NCBI RefSeq assembly: GCF_001194135.2
Contig: NC_068984.1
Coordinates: forward strand, 18,247,530 to 18,311,529
Length of the DNA: 64,000 nt
Reading direction: 5' to 3'
DNA from: Octopus bimaculoides
Taxonomy: Eukaryota
Part shown: piece by piece, positions 37,399-49,559 of the stretch
How the letters are laid out: every line of letters starts with the position of its first letter
Position numbering within the stretch: the first letter of the stretch is position 1
The notes under the pieces: generated by a model
What the model was told of the DNA's origin: nothing
The model's database searches: none
What the model saw: the letters and a program-made list of their open reading frames with translations, nothing else
Made by a program: the position numbers and the translations under genes

Positions 37399-39573
37399 TC
37401 AGACACTAACTGTTGGTACATATTTAAGCTTATCTTTCTTTTCATCTTCACTATCATCATCATCATCATAATCATCATCATCTTCATCATCACTATCCAA
37501 CCATTTCTTAGAACTATATGACAAAGCAGATGTGTATGTGGGAGATGTTAAATATTGGTTTGTTGTTTGTGTTGAAGAATCTGCATTTGAAAGGCTAACT
37601 AACTCTAACTTGTCTCTAGCAAGCCACAAATATTCGTTTTCCCTATTGGTTTTCATCTTTGAAAATTGTTTGTTCAGCTCATCCATGACAAGAGCTTCAG
37701 CAATACTGTTCTCTTGCATTGGTGAGACTGATTGATATTTCTTATCCATCTCTTCTTCTTTCTTTGCTTTGTCTTTTATGTGACAGATAAGACACACCAC
37801 TGGGCCGACAATAAGCCAGATGGCAATTAAGCAGCCCATTCCAATACCAAAACCAGCACTGAGTGTCAACGTTTTGGAAGGGTTTTTTTGTGTTGACACA
37901 TCAGTTTGGGGTGTAACATTGTCTGTTGGTTCTTTAGGGATGACTTGCTCTGTTGATTCAACTGAAACCAACTCCTTATCTGAGCAGCATTTGCAGTTGG
38001 CATCATCAGAACAAGGTTTTGTGCACAGGTGTGTCATTTTAGAAGGGTCCAGAGTTGCAGTGGCACTTAGAATAAGATGCTTATTTTTTGTTGTTAAAGA
38101 TAATGCTGCAGTTGCTGAAGTAGGAGTAGAAAGGACAGGTTTGAGAAATCCATGTTTAGTTGGTGTTGGGTGTGTGTGTTGGGAATTAGTTGGCACAATA
38201 AGTATATCTGGTATCATTTCTGAGGGCCTCAGAAATTCTGTTGTCACTGCAGCCAATATTTTCCCGTTTAAACCCTTTTTAGTAAAATCTTTGATTTTGT
38301 TTGTAACTAAGGGTTTATGGCTTTTGGTGGTTTCTGAATCTTCTGTTAGATGAAGCAGACCACTTCTTGAAGGCATCAGAGTAGGTTTTATTCCCTTTTG
38401 CTGATGATGGGAATTAACATCTAAGGATAATATATTCCTTGGTGGTCGTTGTGTACCATATTTTGGTGGGTTTGTATAGGGTAAGTTTTTACTATCATAT
38501 TTTCTTCTCGATGACCCATACCGTGTATGGGTGCTTGGTGCTGGTTGTGCAAGTGGGGGTAAGTTTGGATCAAAATCTTCTTCACTTGTTGACAGGGGTC
38601 TTTCTTTACTTTGAGAACCTTTCGAACTGCTTTTGTCTTTTATATTTAAAAGGAATGGTGGCTGAGCTAAATATTCTGGGATGTCACTGGAATTTGCCTC
38701 TTTGAGAGGCATCTCCTCAGTTGTTGAATAGTTTTCAAACTGAGTTTCATTAATAAGCGTTGTCAAGGTACTAAGTACAGGTGTAGGTGTTAACAGAAGT
38801 ATTACCCTATCAGGTTTATGTTGTGAACCTGTTCTCAACATACTTTCTGAAACTGTTTGTTGCAATGTTGATGATTGTATCGTATTATCAGCTATAGACA
38901 TTTTGTTTGTTGTCGTAACTGAGTGTAAAGATGTTAGAACTGGATGCTTTCTTTTTACATTGAAATCATCCTGACTAGTCACTGGGTTCTGTTGATCAAA
39001 AGACGAGCTCTTAAGTGGAGGTTGGCCTGAAACCATAACATTTTCAGGTGAAATCTTACTCAACTCTGGAGTTTTTACAGAACTAGAATGTATTCCAAGA
39101 GCACTTATCTGGCGCCACTTACTAGAAAATCTCGAATCTTGTTTAGTCTTCATGTCTCGAAGTGACAGATTTAGATGTGGACTATAATTCTTCCGTTCTT
39201 TATGTTTACTATAAGCCCATTGATAGTTGTTGTTGTTGTGCTGGTGGTATTTTTTAGAATGTAAAGGTGTTTCTGTGCTTGCAGCTATCAAATTTGGGAG
39301 GTCATTAAGTGCCAGCTGTTTATCTTTAAGTGCTGGTAAATGATAACTTGCTGTTTCCATTACCCTGAAATGTTGAACATTCTTGATTCTATTTGGAAAG
39401 CCTTCTGTAGTAATTGGAATTTTATTATATTGCACTGACAACGATTTGGAGTTCATTGCTGTTGTCGTTTCTTGATAATGTACAGCTGAACATAGTGTAT
39501 TATAACACAATAGTAAAATATTAATCCAACATGGAAAGTGTTTGGAAAATACTTTGTAATCCATTCTTAACAT
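37399..39573 (-). CDS. Uncharacterised 724-aa mucin-like single-pass type I membrane protein, nested antisense in the KIF13 intron; CDS in one exon
   Basis: 2175-nt open frame in AT-rich DNA with no dinucleotide-repeat interruption. Hydrophobic N-terminus (WINILLLCYNTLCSA), S/T/P-rich ectodomain with NxS/T sequons, Cys cluster CTKPCSDDANCKCC, TM segment AGFGIGMGCLIAIWLIVGPVVCLIC followed by KDKAKK, acidic tail. In-frame upstream stops at 39598-39600 and 39619-39621 fix the N-terminus (M1 at 39573 or M4 at 39564). Confidence 0.88.
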   Translation of the reverse strand: MLRMDYKVFSKHFPCWINILLLCYNTLCSAVHYQETTTAMNSKSLSVQYNKIPITTEGFPNRIKNVQHFRVMETASYHLPALKDKQLALNDLPNLIAASTETPLHSKKYHQHNNNNYQWAYSKHKERKNYSPHLNLSLRDMKTKQDSRFSSKWRQISALGIHSSSVKTPELSKISPENVMVSGQPPLKSSSFDQQNPVTSQDDFNVKRKHPVLTSLHSVTTTNKMSIADNTIQSSTLQQTVSESMLRTGSQHKPDRVILLLTPTPVLSTLTTLINETQFENYSTTEEMPLKEANSSDIPEYLAQPPFLLNIKDKSSSKGSQSKERPLSTSEEDFDPNLPPLAQPAPSTHTRYGSSRRKYDSKNLPYTNPPKYGTQRPPRNILSLDVNSHHQQKGIKPTLMPSRSGLLHLTEDSETTKSHKPLVTNKIKDFTKKGLNGKILAAVTTEFLRPSEMIPDILIVPTNSQHTHPTPTKHGFLKPVLSTPTSATAALSLTTKNKHLILSATATLDPSKMTHLCTKPCSDDANCKCCSDKELVSVESTEQVIPKEPTDNVTPQTDVSTQKNPSKTLTLSAGFGIGMGCLIAIWLIVGPVVCLICHIKDKAKKEEEMDKKYQSVSPMQENSIAEALVMDELNKQFSKMKTNRENEYLWLARDKLELVSLSNADSSTQTTNQYLTSPTYTSALSYSSKKWLDSDDEDDDDYDDDDDSEDEKKDKLKYVPTVSV

Positions 39574-39728
39574 TCTTTCGTTTTGTTTGTCAATTTTTTA
39601 AAAATTATTGTCTTTCTTTTATTTATTGAAGCACATTTTTTCTGAGGCACTATTATATTGTTTTTGTTTTCTTGGTCTTGTTTTTTCTTTTTCTTCATCT
39701 GTGCTTCCTCTATCGTTAAATGTCGATT

Positions 39729-39754
39729 CTGAAAGAGAAAAAGTAGAAGTTAGT
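39729..39754 (-). other. 3' splice acceptor and branch point of the nested gene's coding exon (exon starts at 39728)
   Basis: Minus strand reads ACTAAC-TTCTACTTTTTCTCTTTCAG|AATCG: canonical branch point, pyrimidine tract and CAG, 155 nt upstream of the ATG. Confidence 0.8.
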
Positions 39755-42700
39755 GACTAGGGCTCAGAGTTACGTTCAAGTTAATGTTTTTTTTAAAAAA
39801 AAAAGTTTGTAGATAAAAGTACTGGTTTTGTTGTGTGATTTTGCTAACACTTTTTTATTTTTGATAGTAGCCTTTCTTCTTTATAAGCTAAATATCTACT
39901 GCTTTTTTTCTAATCTCTTCCTTTCTCTCTCTCATTCACACACGCACAGTGAGTGATAGATAGATAAGGTAACACTCATGAAATATATGCTAATTATTTT
40001 GACTTAATTAGAAATATATCTAGTGGGGAACACCAACTTAAAACTTTGAAAGAGAGATGGAGAGATTATCTTTAATATGTCATTGATTTATCAATTTTAA
40101 TTAATTGCACATCTTAATCATTGAGAATTTATCACTCATTAAAATCATTAGATCCTTGAGTACCATACTTTTGCTACTAAAGAGAAATGCATGTTCTTTC
40201 TGAGAGAAGCCTGATTTACATAGCTATATTTTAGCAGGAAGAAAAGGAAGAAATTGAATTGCATTAGCATATTCTTGGTAATTTAAGTGGAGGCAGCAGT
40301 GCTGGTGGTTTTCGTTGCCATCACCCCTCACCAATACTGACTTCAAAATTTCAACTACTTCGTCTAAATTGAATAAGTTAAACAGTTTTAAAAAGTCTAG
40401 ATATGATATATAATATTTTATATGAGAGAGAAAGCTAGAATACTTAAAGTATCTCTTCATCTCTGTTGTTCCTTACTGGGAAGAGGTACACAAAAGATAG
40501 AGAGCAGTACTAGTCAGGCTTTTAACAATTGAATATAAAAATTGTTTTGTTTCTTTCTTGTGTTTATTATAATTTCTTTTATCATTTCTTTTCTAGATAA
40601 GACAATATTGAATTAAACTTCAAATAGAATATATGGCTTCCATTTGTGAAACGCATTTATTTTAATGTTGACCTGAAATTTCTTCTGTCTATATTAGCAT
40701 ATTTACTGAATTCCATGGAGATTTCTATTGTTGAGGAAAATGAAAACTGGAAAAAAAAAATAATAATAATGATGATGAATAATAAAAATATTCGCAATGC
40801 TAAAACCAAATTTCATATTTTCTTTATTCTCATGTTCTGCTTTACCAACTAAATATCAGATAAGTCAAGTCTATCTTCGGTAGCTTTACTATTTTAACTA
40901 TTAAATGGAAATCTACTGCAAATATACTTTCTAGCAGATGTGTAGCAATATCTAAATAAATAATGATTTTTCACATCAACAGTAACAAACCTAAGGAAAA
41001 TGTTTTGAAAAAAATAGCGTATGCTCTTTTATTCTCAGTGGAGAAAGGTATTTGTTAAGCTTTGAAATAGAATTCCCTTTGATAAAACCCTGCTTTTTAT
41101 CTTGTACTTCATATAAGTAACCCGATAAACATTGAACTCTATTGAACGACATTTCTTTCTTTTTTTTCCTTTTATTTTTTATTTTTGCATACATATATAT
41201 ATAAATATATATATATATATTTATATATTGTACTTTTATTGAATAATTGCATGATTCTCACCGGCATCGATTTTTTTATCTATTTCATTTACTTAACCCA
41301 TCTCGTTTAAGGATTACATGATGAAGAAGCGGGTGATGGGGGATGAGAGGGATGGATGTCATTCAAATTTTGTAACCCTTTAACAGATCTCGTGTACAAA
41401 TATCAAAAGAAATATCGAATGTCAAACATGTATATATAGCTCTCTCTCTCACACACACAAACATATATTTTAAATATCTGTATGACATTAGGTGTGGTTT
41501 TGTGTGTAGATAGATTTGTATGCATATATATTTATATATATATGCGTGTGTTTATTTACATATTTGTTTATTTTTCTATATATAAATAAACTTATAAATG
41601 TAAGAATGAGTGTAAAATTAAGTTTGCTTTGAAGCCATTTGGTTTTGGGTTCCAGCCTACTGTATGGCACCTTTGGCAAAACTCTTCTGCTATATATATG
41701 GGCCTTACAAAGCCCTATGAGCCAAATGGTAACGATGTGCCTCTCTCATAAACAACAGACCCTGAAGCATAATGGTTTTCAGTGTGCATAAAGGCCAGTG
41801 AAATAAAAAAAATACCTAACTTGAAAAGTAAGCAAGCATTGGTGGCAATGAGGCATGTGACCGAGAAATACTTGTCCAACTTATATTAGCAGAGAAACAC
41901 ATGATTTGTGTGTGTGTGTGTGTGTGTGTATTCTAGATGTATGTTCCTAATATATTTATATATGTGTGTGTGTGGGGGTTTGCATGAGCAGTATGGGTGA
42001 ATGGTTTAGACGTTTGCTTCATAACAAGGAAGTCTTGGGTTCAATCTCACTGCATGGCATCTTGGGGAAAGTGTCACTCAAAGTAATTCAAAGACACTAC
42101 CTGATCAGACACACATTATATCATTAAGCAGGCAATTCAGTTGAGCAAACAACTGAGAACCATCTGTCTGAGACACATACATACATACATACATTGTTAC
42201 ACACACACACATATTTCTTATATGGATCATAATGTGCTTGTTGTTCCACAGTCACTCTTTGAACCTTTCAAATATTAAACTAGCTTTGCTCATCTTGCTA
42301 TTTAATTTGCCTCTCAGCCTCTCATAACCACAAATCCTATTGCCCAGTTAGGTCAAGTGTCGAGCTTCCGCCAGCTTCTGCCCATCAATGGTATTGACTC
42401 CGGCTATGTCATTTGGTTTGTATTAGGGCTTGGCTGGAAGAGAACTTCATTCACACGTATGTGTATGTGTGTGTGTTTTGTTTTTCCCTGCTTTCACGGG
42501 TTAGACAAATGATACTGAGGTATTATTTTACAGCCAGATGCCTTCCTGTTGCTAACCCTTACCTGTTTTTCAAGTAAGAGGTCTCTTATTTCACACAGCT
42601 TTGGAGGCACAAAGCAAGCAATTGGTTTATTGACAAGAGAATCAACTGCTGTAACACACCATCTCTACACCACAACTTCTGTTTAAGCAAGCAAGGTGTA

Positions 42701-43051
42701 AATACACACAATCAGGTGAAAAAACTGTCAATGTTATTGGTCGATAGTGTATATAATTTAATGATCCATGATGGATTATATTCTCACTAACAAGCATATG
42801 CATAACATGTGTACACATTCCTGCACATGGACACACTCAACACAATTATTTACTACAGATATGATCTCCCATGGATACACCTACACCTAAGTGCATATGT
42901 GGGTATATATAGTTGTGTGTGTGTGTGTGTGTGTGTAATAGTATCTGTGAGATTGTGAATTTAGTAAATCATTTTGTATGAGTATGTATAATACATATGT
43001 GGAACTACATAGAATTATACATGCCTGAAAAGTCTTGTATGTGCTTATGTT

Positions 43052-43432
43052 GTGTGGCTGTGTGGTAAGTAGCTTGCTTGCGAACCTCATGGTTCCGGGT
43101 TCAGTCCCACTGCGTGGCACCTTGGGCAAGTGTTTTCTACTATAGCCTCGGGTTGACCAAAGCCTTGTGAGTGGATTTGGTAGACGGAAACTGAAAGAAG
43201 TCCATTGTATATATGTATATATATATGTGTGTGTTTGTGTGTCTGCGTTTGTCCCCCCACCATCGCTTGACAACTGATGCTGGTGTGTTTACATCCCTGT
43301 AACTTAGCGGTTTGGTAAAGAGACCGATAGAATAAGTACTAGGCTTACAAAGAATAAGTCCTGGGGTCGATTTGCTCGACTAAAGGCAGTGCTCCAGCAT
43401 GGCCACAGTCAAATGACTGAAACAAGTAAAGG
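43052..43432 (+). mobile_element. Full-length CORE-like tRNA SINE with internal (TA)/(TG) microsatellite
   Basis: A-box TGGCTGTGTGG, B-box GGGTTCAGTCC, CORE-like GGCACCTTGGGCAAGTG at 43116-43132. Partial copies at about 7870-8000 (-), 41600-41740 (-) and 41985-42080 (+). Confidence 0.85.
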
Positions 43433-43763
43433 AGTGTGTGTGCTTTACAGTGGGCATATAACTCCTACCAGCATCAAATTATATAAACTATCTTCCAAGA
43501 ATTTAGTTTATAGACAAACTCTCTCTCAAGAATGCTGTTGACTTGGAAGGTTATGGAGATCATGGCAACATACGTCACTTCTCCATCTTAGAAGTAGGAA
43601 AACCTGACAGAAAAGCATTGTTACACAAGGTTTAAATGTAGCAGTAGTAGAAGTGGGTGTTTAGGTCAACGACTTATTGTTTGACCTGCAGGAATTTCTG
43701 AGGTCATACTGCTATTGATAGAAGATCTTTGCTAAACATTATTAGACTTCGGGATGTTTCAAG

Positions 43764-43797
<34 letters not shown>

Positions 43798-45496
43798 GAT
43801 TCAAAACTAGTGTTTTCATCTTCTATAACATTCTGAGACTAAGACTTGCATTTTGAGCTAAGCATAATGGTTAATTATAACACTTGAAAGCAAATAGCTA
43901 TATATAGCCACATACACACATATATACATGCGTACATGCATGTGTATATGTATACTTGTAATTTTTATCAAATTGTCAGTTTGGTAAGTGCCATGTACAA
44001 AACCCTTGGCCTTTGAGTCACTTTTAGAACTTTCTGTTGGTAAAAATAATAAAAGAAATATATACTCATGTACTGAGTTCTATTTCACCTGTTTGTTCTA
44101 CCAAACTTATATATATATATATATATAGGTTTATATATATANNNNNNNNNNNNNNNNNNNNNNNNNNNNNNNNNNNNNNNNNNNNNNNNNNNNNNNNNNN
44201 NNNNNNNNNNNNNNNNNNNNNNNNNNNNNNNNNNNNNNNNNNNNNNNNNNNNNNNNNNNNNNNNNNNNNNNNNNNNNNNNNNNNNNNNNNNNNNNNNNNN
44301 NNNNNNNNNNNNNNNNNNNNNNNNNNNNNNNNNNNNNNNNNNNNNNNNNNNNNNNNNNNNNNNNNNNNNNNNNNNNNNNNNNNNNNNNNNNNNNNNNNNN
44401 NNNNNNNNNNNNNNNNNNNNNNNNNNNNNNNNNNNNNNNNNNNNNNNNNNNNNNNNNNNNNNNNNNNNNNNNNNNNNNNNNNNNNNNNNNNNNNNNNNNN
44501 NNNNNNNNNNNNNNNNNNNNNNNNNNNNNNNNNNNNNNNNNNNNNNNNNNNNNNNNNNNNNNNNNNNNNNNNNNNNNNNNNNNNNNNNNNNNNNNNNNNN
44601 NNNNNNNNNNNNNNNNNNNNNNNNNNNNNNNNNNNNNNNNNNNNNNNNNNNNNNNNNNNNNNNNNNNNNNNNNNNNNNNNNNNNNNNNNNNNNNNNNNNN
44701 NNNNNNNNNNNNNNNNNNNNNNNNNNNNNNNNNNNNNNNNNNNNNNNNNNNNNNNNNNNNNNNNNNNNNNNNNNNNNNNNNNNNNNNNNNNNNNNNNNNN
44801 NNNNNNNNNNNNNNNNNNNNNNNNNNNNNNNNNNNNNNNNNNNNNNNNNNNNNNNNNNNNNNNNNNNNNNNNNNNNNNNNNNNNNNNNNNNNNNNNNNNN
44901 NNNNNNNNNNNNNNNNNNNNNNNNNNNNNNNNNNNNNNNNNNNNNNNNNNNNNNNNNNNNNNNNNNNNTATATATATATATATATATATATATGTTTGTA
45001 TTACATCATAGCCTTCCCTTAGATATGGACAACTTGTGTGTACGAGCAACAGTGAGAGTTTAAGGCAGGGCCAAATTCTAAATGGTTTAATTGCTTTGTG
45101 TTGAGTGCACCCAATCATATATATATGTATGTATGTTTATATAAATTTGTGTGTGTGTGTGTGTATATATAACTGATTAGTATTTGCTTTTTGAACTATT
45201 GGTCATAGCTGAAATGTCAGTGTTGTTCTTCTGACTCAGATTAGCCGTGATCAAGCAGAGCCTCAGATCAAAGTTGTCCCAACCATGATAATCTCAACCT
45301 CTTCTACGTGTATCAAAGACTTCATAATCCAGTGCATCATTTATATTTAAGATGATGGCGCTTGATACAAGGATGATTTTACTGCTATTTCTAGTATACC
45401 AAGCCATCATATCATTGGATATTCATCATCATTCTTAATGTAAAATCTGGTTGAGCAGTGTTTATCAACTTAGATAGAAAGCATCATCACATTTCA

Positions 45497-45536
<40 letters not shown>

Positions 45537-46963
45537 ATATGTATGTATATATTCGTGTGCCAGAAACTGCTGTTACTGTAGTAGTTTCTTTGTAACACAT
45601 TTTAGCTTCAACTAGTTGTCAGTTTCTATAAATGGTTGTTTAATTTTCAATAGGTATCTCTTATTTAGTCATGTACACGTTCAGGAAACAAGGTGATTCT
45701 TATGGCGAACTTAGCACAAGAAAAGCAAGAACTCTTTCCTCATTCCTCTCCCCTACCCACTCCTCTCTCTATAGCTCTCTCTCTCTCCTCCCTTACCCAC
45801 TCCTCTCTCTAACGCTCTCTCTCTTTCTCTCTCTCTCTCTCTCTTTCTTTCTCTCAATAATAGATTCATACCTGATTTAAAAAAAAAAAAAAAATTGCAT
45901 AACTGATGAAAATATTGATAATTTTTCAAAAAATTTACACACACACACAAAACATTGCATAAAATGCATGCTTATCATCATCACCACTTTGTACATTGGT
46001 GTGAAAATACACACACACACACACACACATGCATACATCACACACACACAAATACATACATACACACACACGTGCATACATATCACACACACTCGCACAC
46101 AAATGTAAAAATATGAATATTTAAATGCCGAGACATATAATGTGCACATACATATGTACACATCATATACACACATACTTAGAAATAAAAAAAAAATGAT
46201 ATTATATATAAAAATAAAATGTGTATGTATGTACATAATCATAAATGCACATACGCCTTATTTAAAACGTGTTTAGGGTCATGCGTGAGATTTAACAATT
46301 TCCATATTTCCTCTGCTTTGATTCTGCTTAAACGAGAATTTGTTCTTGCAAACGAAGTGATGTATGCTGCTGAAAATTTGATTCCAGTTTAAGTGGTCCC
46401 TGTTTCCAGGACTTAATGTAGGTCAGGTTCATGTTAATGACATAGGATCCAGTTGACAGCTAAAAGCCTTTCTCATGAACTTCAGGGGAAAAAAAATACA
46501 CTGTTTCTCTATGTAGCTAATGAACTTTTATTTTATTTTCAAGATATTTTTTTCTTTGTAGTTTTTTTTTTTTTTAAGTCTTAAAAGAAAATATGGACAT
46601 TCTTGTCCATCTTTACAAAACTCACAATCACACACACACACTCAGAAATACAAGATTAACTCATACCCTAAAGATACCACTTCTGGATCTCACTAAATCA
46701 TGCATATATACTCTTGAATGCATACATGCATTCATGGTCTCTTATATACACATTAGAAGTATGCAGTTTCTCTCTCCATCTTCTCTCTCTTTCTCTCTCA
46801 CACACACAACTTTGCACACTCTGACTTCTCATTCACACTCAAACTGTCCTCCCCTGGTTCAATTAACCTTACACTTCTGTGTACACATCATCTCACACTC
46901 ATTGATTCTACGTTTTGTTTAACCACAAAACTGCCAACCCTGTTCATTCTTGCAGAAAACACT

Positions 46964-47031
<68 letters not shown>

Positions 47032-47123
47032 CTCACAGAAACATCCACTTATAAATACACTTACATGTTGATATGCATATACATGTACCTTTATATGCCT
47101 CTCTGTGTGTGTGTTTATAAATG

Positions 47124-47166
<43 letters not shown>

Positions 47167-48221
47167 GTATATATAAAATATGCAAAGTAGGCAGTTCTAT
47201 CCAAACTAAAACTAAAAATATTAATTACTAAATATGAAAAGTAAATGATTTCTAATTCTTTATAAAAATGCTGATTTAATGCATGCAATGTGATGTATGA
47301 TTCAGTAAATGATGTTCAATAGATGCAATTTACTTTGCCTTTCAAGCTCAATGTTTATATACTCAGTGTAATGCTATTAAACACATGTGCTGTATGTTCA
47401 GTTCTATAAATCATTGAATATAAAAGAAATAACAGCATACTTCATTCTGCCTTTTCACTCAAAGTCATTACAGAGCGGGAAATGTATGTACATGGTGTGT
47501 TACATGTGTGGTACATCGTGTCTGTTTTTTGGTGGGGGTGGTTTTTCATTCTTGTGTTTTTTTTTCCCAATAATGATATATATATATATATATTTGCGTG
47601 TGTGTTTGTGTGCATTTCGCTATGAAAAATTGTGCCAAAAAGAAATGAGATTATTCAAGAGGAGATGTTGCGGTTTTTATTTTTTATATGTATTGGAAGC
47701 TGAAAACTGTTGTTCCAAGTTTCATATTTCTCTTCTTCAGACAGTAGTGAAGAGTAAGACAAGGATAGTCACTTTGTATAATATCACATGGGAAAAGCAC
47801 ACTGAAAATTTGTCACAGGATATGTACATGAAAAATTTTCAGAAAAGTATCAAGTAAAACCATCGGAAATTTTTAATGAATGCTGGGCTCTGATTGGATA
47901 CAGGAGGTCATTATCTTGGTTGTATTTTGTAGGAATGAGCAAGTGAATATATGATGAGTAATGTAAAGAACTGAGGGTGTATATATATATATATATATAT
48001 ATACTGTTTTTACTTCAGAACAGATGAATATAAAAATATTATCTTTTGAAAAAAAATTCAAGGAGAAAAACTACAAGACATGATAATGAATGAAATTACC
48101 ACTTGTATGTGTTGAATTTCTTTTAGATTAAGTTCTTCAATACAGAACTCAAGCCATTTACTAACAAAGTGATGTGCTTTCTTTGTTTGTGTTAATAATC
48201 ATAGCCTATACCATGCTGGAG

Positions 48222-48900
48222 CATCAGCTGTATAATTGCACTTGGTTAGACATGGAGAGCTCTGATAAACAAGAGAGGCTATCAACCAAGCTCTGATGAA
48301 CACCAACCTGCATGCTAAGTTCCTCTCTGAACTTCTTGCTAATTTTTATTCTGCTGACAGCATCTCTGTGAGAAGTTGTATAGTTCTCACAAGTTCTTCC
48401 TGTACATCTAGTTTTCTTAGTGACCACCAGACTACAGAGCTTGTTTCTCTGTCAAAGGTCTTTTCTAGGTCAACAAATACTAGCAATTGTGTCTTGCTCT
48501 TTACTACACAAGCATGAACTATATTTCATTTAAACTAATTATCTTTCTAATTAGTTATGCCATAAATCTTTCTGTTACTTTCATTACTTGGTCCATCAGT
48601 TTAATGATTTTGTAGTTGCTTCTTTCTAAAGCATCTCTTTTTGCTCCTTGTAGCAGTTCATAATTCTGCTTCTGTACCAGTTTCTTGGCATTACCTCTTC
48701 ATGGATGACCTGACTGACTATAACGTGTACGTGTCCTTTGTAGCCACTGGTTTTCAGCATATCTGTGACTGTCTCTAATGATCTTTTTACTTTCTCTGCT
48801 TTCATATCCTTAATGGCCATTTCAACCATATAGCTATGAACTTTAACAGCTCGTTCTTCAGTTGAGTCTGCATGGGTTAGTCTTTCTTATACATTCTCAT
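48222..48900 (-). mobile_element. RTE (BovB-like) LINE reverse-transcriptase fragment, decayed
   Basis: MAIKDMKAEKVKRSLETVTDMLKTSG...NWYRSRIMNCYK and HRDAVSRIKISKKFREELSMQVGVHQ match RTE ORF motifs (KAPGPSGITAEMLK; GVHQGSVLSPLLF). Confidence 0.85.
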
Positions 48901-49559
48901 TTAACAGCTTCTCATATCATGTGTATGTGTGTGTGTTTGTGTGAGAGTGCATGTGTGTGTATGTATATACAGTGAGTATAATATTTGAACAAAGATTGAG
49001 GAGACTACAACTCAATAAAGGACCCAATACAATATATATATGGAGTCTATTTTTATAAAGCAAGTCATACCTAATAACAGCACAGTTGTTTCAATATGTG
49101 TGTGTGCATGTGTGTATACATGTTCATGTATCCATACACACATACACACACATATAGTTTGTATAAGCCACTTCAATAGCTTGTTTCCACTCTGTGCAGC
49201 CACTTCTGGTGAATCAGACTGGGCACTGTGAAAACTCCAGAGCAATAGGCTCTGGACTGGTCTAAATAAGCTTCTTCATCAGTTTTGAGTATATCATCTC
49301 CAGATTGTTAGCCAACAACAGATGTGTGTGTAGAGTGTTCTAAGTGTCTTTTATCATGGCAGATGCACAAGAGTTTGTTCTCTCCCCAGTGAGTCTAAAC
49401 AGTCCTCTCTTCCTCTGTTATCACCATTTATTTGTTCTCTGGCTCCAGAAAAGTTATCTTGCAGCTGGTAAGACTAAAAAAGAATCCCCATTTTCTATTT
49501 GATCATTTTTTTCTTTTGCACACAACTAGGTAGGAAGAGACTCAGAGCAAGAGGGTGAT

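Noticed and set aside
42330-42440. Exon-like GC-richer patch
   Set aside because: Minus strand reads TIDGQKLAEARHLT*LG, like an RTE RT fragment; better explained as a LINE relic.
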